A stretch of DNA of 64,000 bases, taken from Leucoraja ocellata. Its lineage: Eukaryota. Under the pieces are notes generated by a model. That model saw only the letters and a list, made by a program, of their open reading frames with translations. It was not told the DNA's origin and did not search any database. Positions within the stretch are counted from its first letter, which is position 1. Every line of letters starts with the position of its first letter. The stretch covers positions 992,001-1,056,000 of the forward strand of contig JAWMAR010000013.1 of assembly GCA_036785375.1 (NCBI GenBank). The letters are read 5' to 3'. Made by a program: the position numbers and the translations under genes. Positions 10,280 through 23,570 of this stretch are shown piece by piece.

Positions 10280-12240
10280 GAGGGTTCAATTTTGGACACC
10301 ATGCTATACGATGAATGTCGTTAAGCTGCAGAGAATATCTACCAGGATTGGCTAGGACTAGAGGGGCTGAGTTATAGGGGGAGGTTGGACAGGCTAGGAT
10401 TTTACTCGGAGCTGAGGGGTGCATATAAAAACCTGATGTATATAGATAGGGTGAATGGGATTGGTGAATTAAAAAACAGAAGATAGGTTTAAGTGAGATG
10501 GGGAAGATTTAATATGAACCTGAGGTGCAACTTTTACACTCAGGGGGTAGAGGGTATGTGGAACGAGCTGCTGGAGGTAGTAATTGAGGCAGATACTATA
10601 AGAGTATTTGAAAGACACTTGGACAGTTAGATGGAAAGGAGAGGTTTCGAGGGATATGGGCAAGCAAATGGAACTAGCTTATATGGGACATCTTGGTCGT
10701 CATGGACAAGTTGTGCAAAAGGGACTGGCCACCATACTGTATGACTATGATTCTCCCGGTTTAACCTTTTCTAGGACCATATTCCCTATAGCAGCAAAAA
10801 AAAAAATCAAATGGAGGAATCAACTAGCTCCTAATCAGACTGGACTGAAGTTCCACATAATAATGAAAACACTCTCCACTTGCATTATAATATGGGTAGT
10901 TGTAATCATGTAGGAAACATGGCAGCCAACAATTGTGTATAATGACATGCCAAGCCAGTGGCAATAGAGTGGAAGTTGAATTCATGGATAGATTCTTCTT
11001 CAGATGGAGAAATTAACTAAGGAAAACCTTTGTAGATCTCATTTTATGCAAATAGGGTTGTTAATAGATAATCTTATGGAAAAGGTAACGTTAAAGATGA
11101 CTGACCATAATCCATTGGAATTTTACATTTTGCATAATTTGCAGGGGAACAAATTTTTTCATTGAGGCACAAAAATCCAATAGGAAAAGTGGTACACCCA
11201 ATGACAGGATAAACTAAAACAGCATTACGATTTAAGCTGGAAAGAGTGCAAGAACATTTGCGAGGATGTAGCAATGACTTGAGGGCCTGAGGGCTTCATA
11301 CCTTCACAATTTAATCAGGGAGAGATTGGACAGGCTAGAACTTTCTTCTTTGGAGCACAGGAGGCTGGGAGAATCTTATAGAGGTGTTTCAAAACCTTGA
11401 TAGGAGAATCAAGAACCAGAGGACGTAAGTTTAAGGTGAGAGAGGAAAGAGTTAATATTAACATGCAGGGCAACGTTTTCACTCAGAGTGAGGTGGGTAC
11501 ATGGAACTAGCTGTCAGAGGAGGCAGTTGAGGAAGGTACTATAACAGCATTTCAAAGACAATTGGAGATGTACATGGATAGAAAAGGATTAGAGTGATAT
11601 GGGCCAAACATGGACAAATGGGATTAGCTTAGATGGGTCATCTTGGTTGGCATGGGTGAGTTGGGTCGAAGGGTTTGTTCTCTGTACTATTTGGTTCTAT
11701 GACTCCAAGACGAAGGAAGAGACAGAAAATAGCTTAAGGATTGGGAGGACTTTATAATTTGTCAAAGCATGGATGAGGGAAAACACTGAAATATCATATG
11801 CAGTTTTGGTCTCATTACCTAGATGCAGTGCAGTGAAGAGATGGTAGGTTTTCTCTACATGGAATTATTAAGTAAACTAGGCTTGTATCCTCAGGAGTTT
11901 GAAAGAATGATGAAGCAGTCAGACGTTCAAAATTCCTTTAAGGCAAATAGCTGGATACAGGACTGAGCAGTGCAGAAGCAATAATAAGGGGTAGGCCAAT
12001 CAGAACAAGAGAGATAAATATCCTCATGCACCAGGTGGTGAACCGTTGAAATTCTGTTCCCATAATGGCTTTGGAGGTTTGGCCATTAGATTCATTCAAA
12101 ATATCCTGACATCCATTGATTTCATTTAAGGGATGTGGGGAAGGTATGGGAAGATGGTGTTGAAATAAAAGATCAGCTATAATATTAACGAATGGTAAAA
12201 CAGGTAGAAAGGGAAAAACAGCCTTCTCCTGCATTTGTTT
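10280..12240 (+). mobile_element. Cluster of three decayed CR1 3' fragments (~10280-10755, ~11200-11705, ~11750-12240) with an old SINE remnant between
   Basis: Repeated 'TTGGACAGGCTAG', 'TTTAAGGTGAGA' and CR1 3'UTR-like motifs. Confidence 0.7.
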
Positions 12241-12839
12241 TTTACATCGTAACTTCACAGTTCTATGTCACAGGTTCAATCTAGTACTGTCTGTGTGGAG
12301 TCTACACAGTCTCCCTGTGATTGCATTGTTTTCCCCTTACATGCCAAAGACATGGGGGCTGGTAGGTTAATTGCCAACTATATATTGCTACTAGTGCAGG
12401 TGGCTGGTGGTATCTGAAGGGAGTACATGGGAACAATAGGTTACAGGACACAAAATGAGTGAGGCTATGAGGCTTTAAATCTCTGCAGACGTGATGGGCC
12501 AAAATGATCACCTTCTAAGTCATTTGAAATAGGATTAAAGTCCTGATTGATTTATTTTTGCTAAATTGGTATTGGACTAAAGCATCAATCCAGTTATTTG
12601 TAATCTGAAGTCACAATCTAAACTAGTACAAAATCAGCTACCAAATGAGTCTACAGCTGAGAGCCCACTCTGTGTATAGTTAATTTACCTTGCCTGGCCA
12701 TGCTACCTGTTCAAAGGAAAAATGCCTGCTAGCGCAGTAAGTGAATCCCTGAAGCAGATTCACACAAATATTGTGCCATAGTATAAGAAAAAATGTCTTG
12801 TTCTTGCAGTATCCACTATTTTTTTGCTCATCTATAACA

Positions 12840-13490
12840 AATCTATTTGCCCCCACGGGGTTCATATCTTTCTACACATTGTCTAAATGTGCTTAGCTAA
12901 ATGGCTCAAACATGAGCTTCTCCACCACCTCCTCTTGCATAAGTTCCTGATATCAACCACTTTCACTGTAAAGAAACTCCCTTAAAATGCTCCTTCCTCT
13001 CACTTTACACCTATGATCTCTTGTTTTGGATACTAATATCAAGGTTTCAAAGTTTCAAGGTCAGTTTAATGTCACATGTACCAATTAAGGGACAGTGAAA
13101 CACAATTACCAGAAAGCCATACTAAACAAAGCAACAAGACACACAACTACATAAAAGTTAACATAAACATCCACCATAGCGGATTCCACATTCCTCGCTG
13201 TGATGGAAGGCAATAAAGTCTAATCTTCTTCCCTCATGGGAAACGTATTCTGCATATTTACCCTGTCTATGCCACATATAATTTTATATGCCTCCATCAG
13301 GTCATCTGTTAGGCTCTTTTGCTCCAGGGCAAATAAGCCCAGTCGATCCAAGCTTTCCCATAACCAAGTCCTCAAATACAGGCAACATCCTGGTGAATCT
13401 CCAGAGCAACCACATCCTTCCTTTAATATGGCAACCTGACCTGTACACACTACTCCAAGTTCAGTTTAACCACTTGGAGCACTGCGTACA
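12840..13490 (-). mobile_element. CR1 fragment interrupted by the 3' end of a hairpin-tailed element (13040-13230)
   Basis: ORF 13220..13450 LDRLGLFALEQKSL; nested piece matches the 2720-2880 end. Confidence 0.7.
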
Positions 13491-14149
13491 CTAAAACTGT
13501 AAATAATGTAAATTAGTAAAAGTACATACATCTGGAATACGAAGAATTCAGGGAATTCAGTATCCCACTAAATGTGAATTGGATCACTGCTTAAGAGATA
13601 GAGTTATAGTAAGAAAGAACTACAATTTAATACGAAACAGCTTGTTGAAAATCGGGTCTAAATGGTAGACTGAGAAAACACAATTAACAATAAAAGATCG
13701 ACCATAGCCACAGGCAATTTTTACTGCACAGAACTTCAGCTGAATACCTGTTTGCACAAAGTTTAAGTAGAATTGAGAGAGAGTAGCAGCACATCAGTGT
13801 TTATGAACTGTAATAAAATGTGTCATTTTATGGATTTGTGGCTGACAGGACCCAGGGAATATTTTAAAGCTCTGTTTACAAGGAAAAGTGTACTTATTTC
13901 AGATCAATACTATCTAAGTCAAAGCTGCATTGCCTTCGAAGCACTTAAATAATTCATTCACCTTTTTATCGCACACATGCACTCGTTACGGAAAGCGATG
14001 GTCAGGATGAGAAGTGAACGATTTTCTAGTCAGATATTACAAGAAGGGACAGTAGAGACAACAAATTTCCAGCAAGTTCAACTTTACTTCACTTTACAGT
14101 AAATAACCAGGTTTAAGTTACCAATATATTAGCTTATGCACCTTTACCA

Positions 14150-14790
14150 CAATAAAACTTTATTCATCCCCGGTGGGAAATTGGTCTGCCAAGTCACAAA
14201 AACTTGAATTTAAAGTGAAAAAAAGACAAGTAACTGTTGGCTGCCTGCCATGTGCACAGCGCCTTAACTGGAATGAATGAACAAAACAAATGCAGACTTG
14301 CCCCCTGGGCAGAGGATTCCAAAACTAGAGTGTCCCCCCTCCCCACAGAGGGTCCCCCTTTGTTCTATCACCGTTCCTCAGCGTGGTCCCCTCACGCTGG
14401 GTCCCCATTGTTCTTGACAACGGTCCCCTCACGCCGGGTCCCCATTGTCTTCCCTTCCCCCCTCATGCTCGTCGACCGCTGATCGATCGCGAGGCCCCAC
14501 CGCAGCCGAGGCTCTCTCATCGCTGCCGAGGCTTCCGTCGCTGCCGAGGCTCACGCTGCCGCCAAGGCCCCAATGCCGCCTACGGCGAGGCCTCAAGGCT
14601 CCCGTTGCCGCCGAGGATCCCATCGCCACCGAGGCTCCTTCGGCCCAGACAGGCCTCGCTGCCTGGCTTTTCCGCAGTCCCCTGGGAGGCCTGTGGGGCG
14701 GGTCGGGCCTACCGGAGCGCATTCTGGTCGGCTGGGGCACGTTTGTTCAGCGGATGGATCAGGCTTACGAGGCTCCCCAGGATAATAAAG
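14150..14790 (-). mobile_element. GC-rich non-autonomous element with internal short repeats
   Basis: GGGGATGAATAAAGT tail on minus; GGTCCCCTCACGCYGGGTCCCCATTGT x2 and repeated GCCGAGGCT. Confidence 0.55.
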
Positions 14791-15879
14791 TGTTTAATGT
14801 GTAAATTAACCATTCATTTGGTCTGCAGTCTCAGTTCAATGTCTGTATGTCTGAGTATCTGAGCAGCAAAAGGAACTCTACACATTGCCTGCGTCATGAA
14901 CATGAGAGGAGTATTTTGGGAGGAAATTCATTCATGAGGGCAAGAGTTACAATAAGTTTTTTCTTTTCTGTCAGCTCACTATGTATGTCAGATGGCAAAG
15001 GATAGATGGAGGAAGGAAAGTGGAATGTTGGTTAGATTTCTGATTCCACAGATGCAGCATGATCTGCAGAGCATTTCCAGCATTTTCTGTTTTTAACTTT
15101 AGATTTTGAGCATTTGCAGTTTGTATTTTTAATTGAAAGACAATGTCTTCCCTGGGTTTTGCTGTTTAGGAATAAATACACACCTTAAACAATGTACCAC
15201 TTTAATCTAATATGTATTCCTGTCTATCAATGGAAATCCTTCACTCTCATGCTAATCAAGTACCAATTTACCACTGCCAAAAAATATTTTAAAACTTTGC
15301 TTCCACCATTTTTGGGAAACCTTGAAGAATCACAGCCCCATGTCTGTCGTAAGTCAGCAACACTTTATTCCTTCTAGATTCTTCCACAAGAGGAATCATC
15401 CTCTCCATATCTCCAGTGGGGGTTTTATGCCTTTGAATAAATGCGCAGCTGCAAGAAAGAATTTAATTGTTCTGTTTCTGTACATATGACAACAAATCAC
15501 TCTTGATTATCTTGAAATCTCAATGTTCCAATATTTCTTTGTAGATCGCTTGTGTCCTCTTCACAACTTACATTGCTACCTATCACCATGTCGCCAACAA
15601 ATTAGCTACCATGCCTTCATAAAAAGCACAAATCTGAAGCCCCATCTGTGATCTGCGAGTCCGAATCTCAAGAAGAATGGACCCGTGTCAATTAGTGCAG
15701 CATCCTATCAAAAAAATGGTTGAGTTGATTGTAAACGCAATTACATTTCTGTGCCACCTTGTTGGTTTTATTTCCCCCTCTATTTCACAAACTGATCTAA
15801 AATCAAATTTCTTGCAGAAGATATCACCTGGTTTAAATTCAGGAGATCTTATACTGAAACTGTCCATGTGGTGGTGGTG

Positions 15880-17765
15880 GAGTCATAGGAGTCATACGCC
15901 ACAGAAACTGGCCCTTCAGCCCAACACGTCCATGGTTTCCCCCTCTGTCAATAAGTCATAGGAGCAGAATTAGTCCATTTGGCTCATCGAGTCTACCCCA
16001 CCAATCATTCATGGCTGATCTTTTTTTCCCTCTTCTCCCCCCATTCTCTTGTCTTATCACTTACTAATTAACTACCTGCCAATCTCCGCTTTAAAATACA
16101 CAAAGACTTGGCCTCTATATCCATCTGTGGCAATGAATTCCACAGATTCACCACCCACTGACTGAAGAAATTCATCCTTATCTCCTTTCTAAAGGTACGT
16201 CCTTTTATTTTGAGGCCATGTCCTCTGGTCCTAGACTCTCCCACTAGTGGAAACATCCTCTCCACCTCCACTCTATTCATGCCTTTCGTTATACGGTGAG
16301 ATTCTATGAGATTCCTCCTCAACCTTCCAGTGAGTACATGCCCAGAGCTGTCAAATGCTTATCATACAATAACCCTATCATCCCCACGATCATCCTCGTT
16401 AACCTCCTCTGGATCCTCTTTAATGCCAGCACAACCCTCCTCAAATATGGGGCCCAAATCTGCTCACATACTCCAAATGTGCTTTATAATGCTTTACATC
16501 CCTGCTTTTATACTCTAGTCCTCTCGAAATGAATACTAACATTGCATTTACCTTCCTTACTACTGATTCAACCTGCAAATTAACCTTTTGGGAATCCTGC
16601 ACTAGCACTACCACGTCTCTTTGCACATCCGACTTCTGAATCCTAAGCTAGTCCGATTTGGCTGTGTTTGATCATATCCCTCTAAACCTTTCCTACCCAT
16701 GTACCTGTCCAAGTGCCTTTTAAATACTGTTATAGTAGTTGCCTCAACTGCCTCCTCTGGCAGCTCGTTACATAATCACACCACCGTCTGAGTGAAATGT
16801 TGCTCCTCCGGTTCCTATTAAATCTTCCCCCTCTCACCATAAACCCATGTCCTCTGGTTCATGGTTCCCCTGCCCCTCGGAAAATACTCTGTCCATTCAC
16901 CCTGTCTGTTCCCCTCATGATTTTATACATATCTATAAGATAACCAGTCAGCCTCCTGCGCTCCAAGGAATCAAGTTCTAGTCTGCCCAAATTCTCGCTA
17001 TAACTTTTATCCTCAAGTTCTGGCAACATCCTTGTAAATCTTCTCTGTACTCTTTCTAGTTTAATGATATCCTTCCTATAGCTGGGTGACTGAAACTGAA
17101 CACAGTATTCCTAATGCTGCCTCACCAATGTCACCCACAACTGTAAGATAACATTCCAATTTCTCTTTTCAATACACTGCCTAACGGCCAATGTATCAGA
17201 CGCCTTCTTTACCACACTATCTACAATTGATGCCACGTTCAGGGAACTATGCATCTGTAGTCCTATTTGTCTCTGCTCTATAACACTTCCCAGGGCCCTA
17301 CCATTCACTGTGAAGAACCTGCCCTGGTTTGACTTCTCCAAAAGCAATATTTTGCACTTCCCTGCATTAGCCATTTCTCAGTCCAGTTGCCCAGCTGATC
17401 AAGATCCTGCTATAATTTTGATAGTCATCTTCACTGTCCGTGATACCACTTATTCTAATGCTATCTGCAAACTCACTATTCATACTTTGTACTTTCTCAT
17501 CCAAATCATTGATGGAAACCACAAACAGCAATGGGGCCAGCATCGATCCCTGTCAGTAGCTCTCACTGGATCCCATGCAATCTAACCTTCCAGAGCAGCC
17601 CACCACATGGAACCTTATCCAAGACTTTGCTGAACTCCATATAGCCAATGTCTACGTGCTTGCTCTCGTCAACCCCTATTCAAAAAACGCAATCAAATAC
17701 ATGATCTCTCCCGTAAAGAACCATGCTGACTCTCTGTAATCAGCCATATCTATCCAAGTGCAAAG
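15880..17765 (-). mobile_element. Two stacked CR1/HER1 LINE fragments
   Basis: ORFs 16068..16322 (ESRTRGH..FFSQWVVNLWNSLP), 16441..16626, 17111..17374. Confidence 0.88.
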
Positions 17766-17799
17766 TTGGGGTGGGGGGTGGTAAGTTCCCTCCCTTGTA

Positions 17800-19445
17800 A
17801 AGCTGGTCTCCACTATGAAACCTGCCGCCTTGACGTTGTCCCCACTGCCCTTCTGAAGGATGTCATTGCAATAGCCGGTCCCAGCATCCTCTCGATCATC
17901 AACAGTTCTCTGGCCACTGGCAATGTTCCAACCTGTTTCAAGCACGCGGTGGTCCAGCCGCTCCTGAAAATACCTAACGTGGACCCCACCTTGCCTAGCA
18001 ACCACAGACCTATTTCCAAACTGCCTTTCCTTTCATAAGTCCTTAAAAAGGTAATTCTAAATCAACTAATGCCTTACCTACACCAAAATACCATCCTGGA
18101 AAGTTTCCAATCAGGTTCCAGGGCCCACAACAGCACAGAGTCTGCCTTGTTGGAGGTACATAACGGCCTGCTTCTCGCCATCGACTCCGGCGACTGTGCA
18201 ATGCTGCTCCTTCTCGACCTCAGTGCAGCGTTTGATACAGTGGACCACACAATCCTAATTGACCGTCTCCGGCAAGGGGTTGGTGTTGATGGCACTGCCC
18301 TGAGCTGGTTCGTTTCCTACCTCAAAGATAGGAGTTTCTCTACCAAGATAGGCAACTCTTTCTCTTCCCCAGCTAGCCTTTGCTGCAGGGTTCCACAAGG
18401 CTCCATCCTAGGCCCCATTCTCTTCTCTCTGTATATGCTCCCCCTCGGCCAAGTCATTCAAAGGCATGGCATTTCTTTTCACTGCAGACGATACACAGCG
18501 CTATCTCCCCCTGAAACCCAACAACCGATCAAATCTACTCAGCCTTATGCACTGCCTCGAGGATATAAAGTGTTGGATGGCGCAGAACTTCCTCCAACTA
18601 AACGAGAGCATCCTACTCGGCCCCTCGGACTCCATCAAAACGATAGCAGGCAACCTTAGAAGCCTAACCTCCTTACTCAAACTGCACGTCAAAAACCTTG
18701 GCATCACATTTGACTCTGTATTAAAGTTTGACAAACAAGTCAATGCTGTGCTAAAAGCTAGCTTCTTCCAGCTTCGTACCATAGCTAAAATCAAACCATT
18801 CCTCCAATTCGACGGCCTTGAAAAAATCATCCATGTATTCATCTTCTCCCGCCTTGATTACTGCAACTGCATATACACTGGCATCAGCCAATCATCCCTG
18901 TTCCGCCTGCAATTGGTCCAAAATGCCGCAGCGAGACTTCTGACGGGTACCCGTAAAAGGGACCACATCACCCTCATTCTGGCCTCTCTCCACTGGCTCC
19001 CAGTACGGTACAGAATCAACTTCAAACTCCTCCTATATGTATACAAAGCCCTTAAAGAGCTTTCCCCGCCTATACCAAAAATCTTCTAACCCACCATTTT
19101 ACCTCCAGGTCCCTCAGGTCGGCTGACTTTGGGCTACTGACTATCCTGCGGTCCAGGTTTAAGCTCGGGGGCGACCGCGCTTTTGCGGTTGCAACACCTA
19201 GACTGTGGAACAGCATCCCTCTTCTCAGCAGAACTGCCCCCTCCATCGACTCCTTTAAGTCTAGACTTAAAACTTATTTCTACTCACAAGCGTTTCTTGA
19301 GGTCCTCTGAGGGATCGCTGTATGTATGTATTTATATATGTATTGTTAGATCTGTGTACCATTGTTTGTAGCACGTTAGTACCTGCATTGATGTAAAGCA
19401 CTTTGGTCAACGAGAGTTGTTTTTAAATGTGCTATAGAATATATA
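17800..19445 (+). mobile_element. L2-clade LINE, 5'-truncated, RT plus 3' end
   Basis: RPISKLPFLS, LLLLDLSAAFDTVDH, VPQGSILGPILFSLYM, ADDTQ, SRLDYCN, QLVQNAAARLL, LHWLPV; L2-type tail TGTAAAGCACTTTG...AAATGTGCTATA. Confidence 0.95.
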
Positions 19446-20221
19446 TTTTTTAAGTTGGCATCCCTTCCTCTCATTTTCTCTCTCTCTCTCGCTCTTTATC
19501 TGGCACAATAAATAAAACAGAAATATGACAAAATCATCTTGGTTCATTAACAGATATGCAGGGAATGGAGGTATATCGAGCATGTGAAGACAGATGATAT
19601 TAGTTTATATTAGCATCATGTTCGGCACAGACATTGTGGGTCAAAGAACCTGTTCGTGTGCTGTACTGTTCAATGTTCTATAGCTTCCACGGCTATTGTA
19701 TATTAAAAACCAAGATAAACTTCTTTGACTTACCTGTACTGTGTAGAAACAAAGTCTTCCAATTTAGATCACAATGTGCCAAAAGATTATAACTAAGGTA
19801 TAATCCAATAGGAAGTTTTGTGTAATTTGAGGTACTTCAGTTGCGAAAATTGTCAGTTGAGTAATTTCAGCAATAAATCAAACAGCTTATTCAGTACTAA
19901 CAATATAAGATGGGGGAAAATCCACAAGACTTAAACAAATAATGACTGTATCCAGAGATTTGATGAGATCAGTCTAAATTAACTAATTAGCTGTTTGGTG
20001 CTGATGTGAATTTATTACAATTTTTATTATTCCCTCTTCAGTTTTTTTGATTTAGAATGCTGAGAAATTAATACCATTCCCCATTTTGTTTGTTTATGAA
20101 AGAGAGTGTTAGTTTCTTCAATAACCCAAAGTCTCCAGTTATTAAAAAACTGCATCTCTCATTTGCTAATGCCCCATGAGTCTGCCGGGTTATAACCAAA
20201 GAGCTGTAGATGTGAGCTGAC

Positions 20222-20330
20222 CTTTCTTAGCTTGCAGAAGATTTTCTTTAGTTGAATGCACGAAGGTCTCATACACTCTTTGCAAGGCTGTTGCCGATTC
20301 CCTTACTTCCTGCAAAATAGCACCATCCAA
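20222..20330 (-). CDS. DDX31: DDX31 exon (LDGAILQEVRESATALQRVYETFVHSTKENLLQAKK)
   Basis: acatacag/gtcagc, 109 nt; resembles [20 protein letters not shown]; alternative in-frame acceptor would start the exon at 20309. Confidence 0.9.
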
Positions 20331-23300
20331 CTGTATGTGCATAAGGGGGAAAAAAGAGCTCATTAACTATTTAAGTTCATTTATTTTTGAAACTTGCAGA
20401 ATACACCTGGGTTATCCATCTTGCAACATCTGTGGTAATAATCTCATTTCTAAAATAAATTTACAGAGAAGCCCCAAATATTTTCAGTCAGTACTCTTGT
20501 GAGCATTTAAAACTAAAATCATAATTAGTTTTGGTCTTTCATTCTAATTGACAAACAACACTGCAGACCTGGAAGGGTTAACTAAACAAGGAGCATTTCA
20601 ATGAGAAATAATGGATGGGTTTATAACAGATTTAATAACAAGAAAATTACAGAATAATCACAAAGGGCCATGTGGGTTAATCCTTTCAATTTTACTGGAA
20701 AGAAATAATATAATGTAGCTAAAGATCACGTTGAATAAGACAGCTTGGTGTTATTTGTGGACGGCAATAGATTCTATCCAGCACTCCAATAATTTCCTGG
20801 CTTTTAATATGAATGTCAAATTACTTTTTAGAGGATGATTGACCTTTCCCTGAGGACCCAGCATCATGTTATTAAAGGAATAAAGTTTTAATAATGGAAG
20901 GTATGTTTTTTCTTTCGTTTTTACTGTTTAAAATTAATGAGAAAGTGTAACAGTTGCCGGCATGAGATTGAACTCGGCGGCCAGTACCAAATAAAAGTGG
21001 AAATCCTTATGAGCACTGAACAAACATAGATTCAGCTGCCAAACCCCGAGCTAGATATTGTATACAATGTGTTACACGTCTTCGAATAGATCAGGAGGGT
21101 TGACGGATGGAAAGCTCTGAGAATTCTAATAACGACTTCTATATTGAGGATGGGCTTCACCAAGAGCCAAGAGCTTGCTGTGGATTTCAGTAGAAATCGG
21201 GTCTAATTACAGACTTGCAAGTGATATTTGTCTGGGATATAGAGTGTGGGATTTAAGACACACACACACAATTCTGATTTGAATGAGTCTGACAATGGCA
21301 ATCACTTCCAGTGCAAGATGCAACATAGCACACTGATCAATCACATTTACACCATGATTTATAAAGCACATTGTGGCCTAGTTAAGGTCGTTTTTCACCA
21401 TAGTCTACAATATTGCACAACATCTTATTAACGCCTTGATTTGAGATCATGAATTCAAAATGGATGCTCTTTCACTTCCCCCTACAATTACATAACAAAT
21501 TAATTTGTTTTTCATTTTGGAGGAAAAATAAATCTTCTGAAGTAATCACAATGCCAGTTGATCCTGACCTCCAGTGTTGGGTGTGGAATTTGCATATTCT
21601 TCCTGAAAGAACTCCCCCATCCCAAAGATGCATTGAATTGCAAGTTAATTAGCCACTGTAAATTACTTCTGGTTTAAGTGGGTGTTAGGAGACCCAGGGT
21701 GGAGCTAATGAACATGTGAGTGAGAATATGTTACAAGGAATTAAGTGGGGAAAAGGATTTATGGGATTGCTCGGAGAGCTGGCATTGACATGTTGGGCCA
21801 AATGACCTCCTTCAGTGACATGAGAAATATGATTAGCCGCATCCTAAACAAAATGCAATTATCGTTTTAATGTATCTGTTGGTCCAATCCAATCTTCCTA
21901 GTCCCTGGTAATTATCTTTATTTCTGTTTTGGGTCAAGTGAGTGCCCAGGCTTCAAGGGGGATGGCAGGTGGCATCCGAGAATGCCAGAAATTATGTTCT
22001 TAATATTTATTTCTGCCCCGCTTGGAAACTGCCTTGTCTTACCACAAAAGGAGCAGTGGTGATTGGAACTGAATACTGTGGGGGGGGGGGGGGGGGGGGG
22101 GGGTGTGATAGCACACACTAGCAACGTCCTGGTGAATTACAGAGTATCGGTAATGAGCACATTATTCATACTTGCTATTTAAACAAAATGGAAACTACGT
22201 TGCTTTTTGAACCATTATTTTGAACCACACTTGGTTCGATAGTATTGACAGTGCAATGCTCTCCTGCTGTAGTAGGTTAGTAAGGGCATCAAAGGTAACG
22301 GGGAGAAGGCAGGAAAATTGGGATTGAGAGGGAAAAATAGATCAACCATGATTGAATGGCGAAGCAGACTCGATGGGCAGAATGATGTAATTCTGCTCCT
22401 ATGTCTTATGGTCTCACCGAGTTTCTCCAGCAGGTCAGTGCAGAAATGGCGAGCACGATAGAGTAATCCAAAGTGGAACTTTCCATTCACCAATTAGAAA
22501 GTGGTGCAAGGAGGCAGCATAATAACTCATCCTCCTGCATGTGACAGATTTGTCATTCATGGATAGAACAGCTCAGAGATGAATAAACTATGTGGGAAAG
22601 ATTACAATCAAATGCTACCACCTACCAAATCAACAGCACTGTAACATTAGTAGATTAACGTTCTTTGTCATGTTGGCCAGTTTACTGTTAACCAAAAGGA
22701 TGGAAGCATGTACATTTGTAAGAAATAAATCATTCTTCTTGTTATGAAGAATTTTACAGGTAAAATGCATTTATGAGCGAGAAATATAGAATGATCTGTC
22801 AGAAAGTATAGCAAAAACACAAAATAAAATTTGACATTATAGTAAGAGTCCACTTTCAAACTGCCCAGGCCGGGACTTACTGACCTTTTCTAATAATATT
22901 TAAATTGTTTAAGCTGAACACTTGCATGATTCAAAATAAAAACGTAGTCCCGATATAAATACACCAGAAGCTGTATCGTTCCTAAGAGTACACTAACTGC
23001 TGTATAATCACCTTAGGTGTATTTTTGATCTAAGGAGAATAACTTAAATAGTGCAGAAATATTCACTCCTGCATTAACCCTTTCCACTACCTCCTCTAAA
23101 ATATTAAAGTCTTCTTTTGCTGAGACTCCCAGAGCATTATCTTCATCTTCGGTGATAAGAGTAATGTAAGTACTTGCTTAGTACCTCAGTCACTCTCTAC
23201 CTCCATGACCAGATCCCTTTTCTGGCCTCTGATTAGCCCAACCTCTCCTCTCACAACACTTTACCCAATTACTTGCCTGCAGGTTAGTTTTGGATTCACA

Positions 23301-23445
23301 ACAATATTTGCTGCGCATCTTTTCTCGTGCCCTTTTTTATTTTCGTTCTTACTTCCCTTCTGGACATTCTGTAATCTACCACACTTATGTTATCAATCTG
23401 CACCTTCTCTCATATGCCCATTACCTCACAATCTCTTATCGTTAT

Positions 23446-23570
23446 GTGCAGGAAAGAACTGCAGATGCTGGTTTAAATCGAGGATAGACACAAAACAAAT
23501 GGGTAACGTCGCCCATTCCTTCTCCAGAGATGCTGCCTGTCCCGCTGAGTTACACAAAATGCTGAAGTCT
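23446..23570. mobile_element. Short rearranged Penelope-derived insertion
   Basis: Opposite-orientation PLE-end pieces between 15-bp near-identical direct repeats. Confidence 0.7.

Noticed and set aside
14237-14862. Up to 159-aa Pro/Arg-rich ORFs
   Set aside because: GC-rich repeat with internal short repeats; no domain signature
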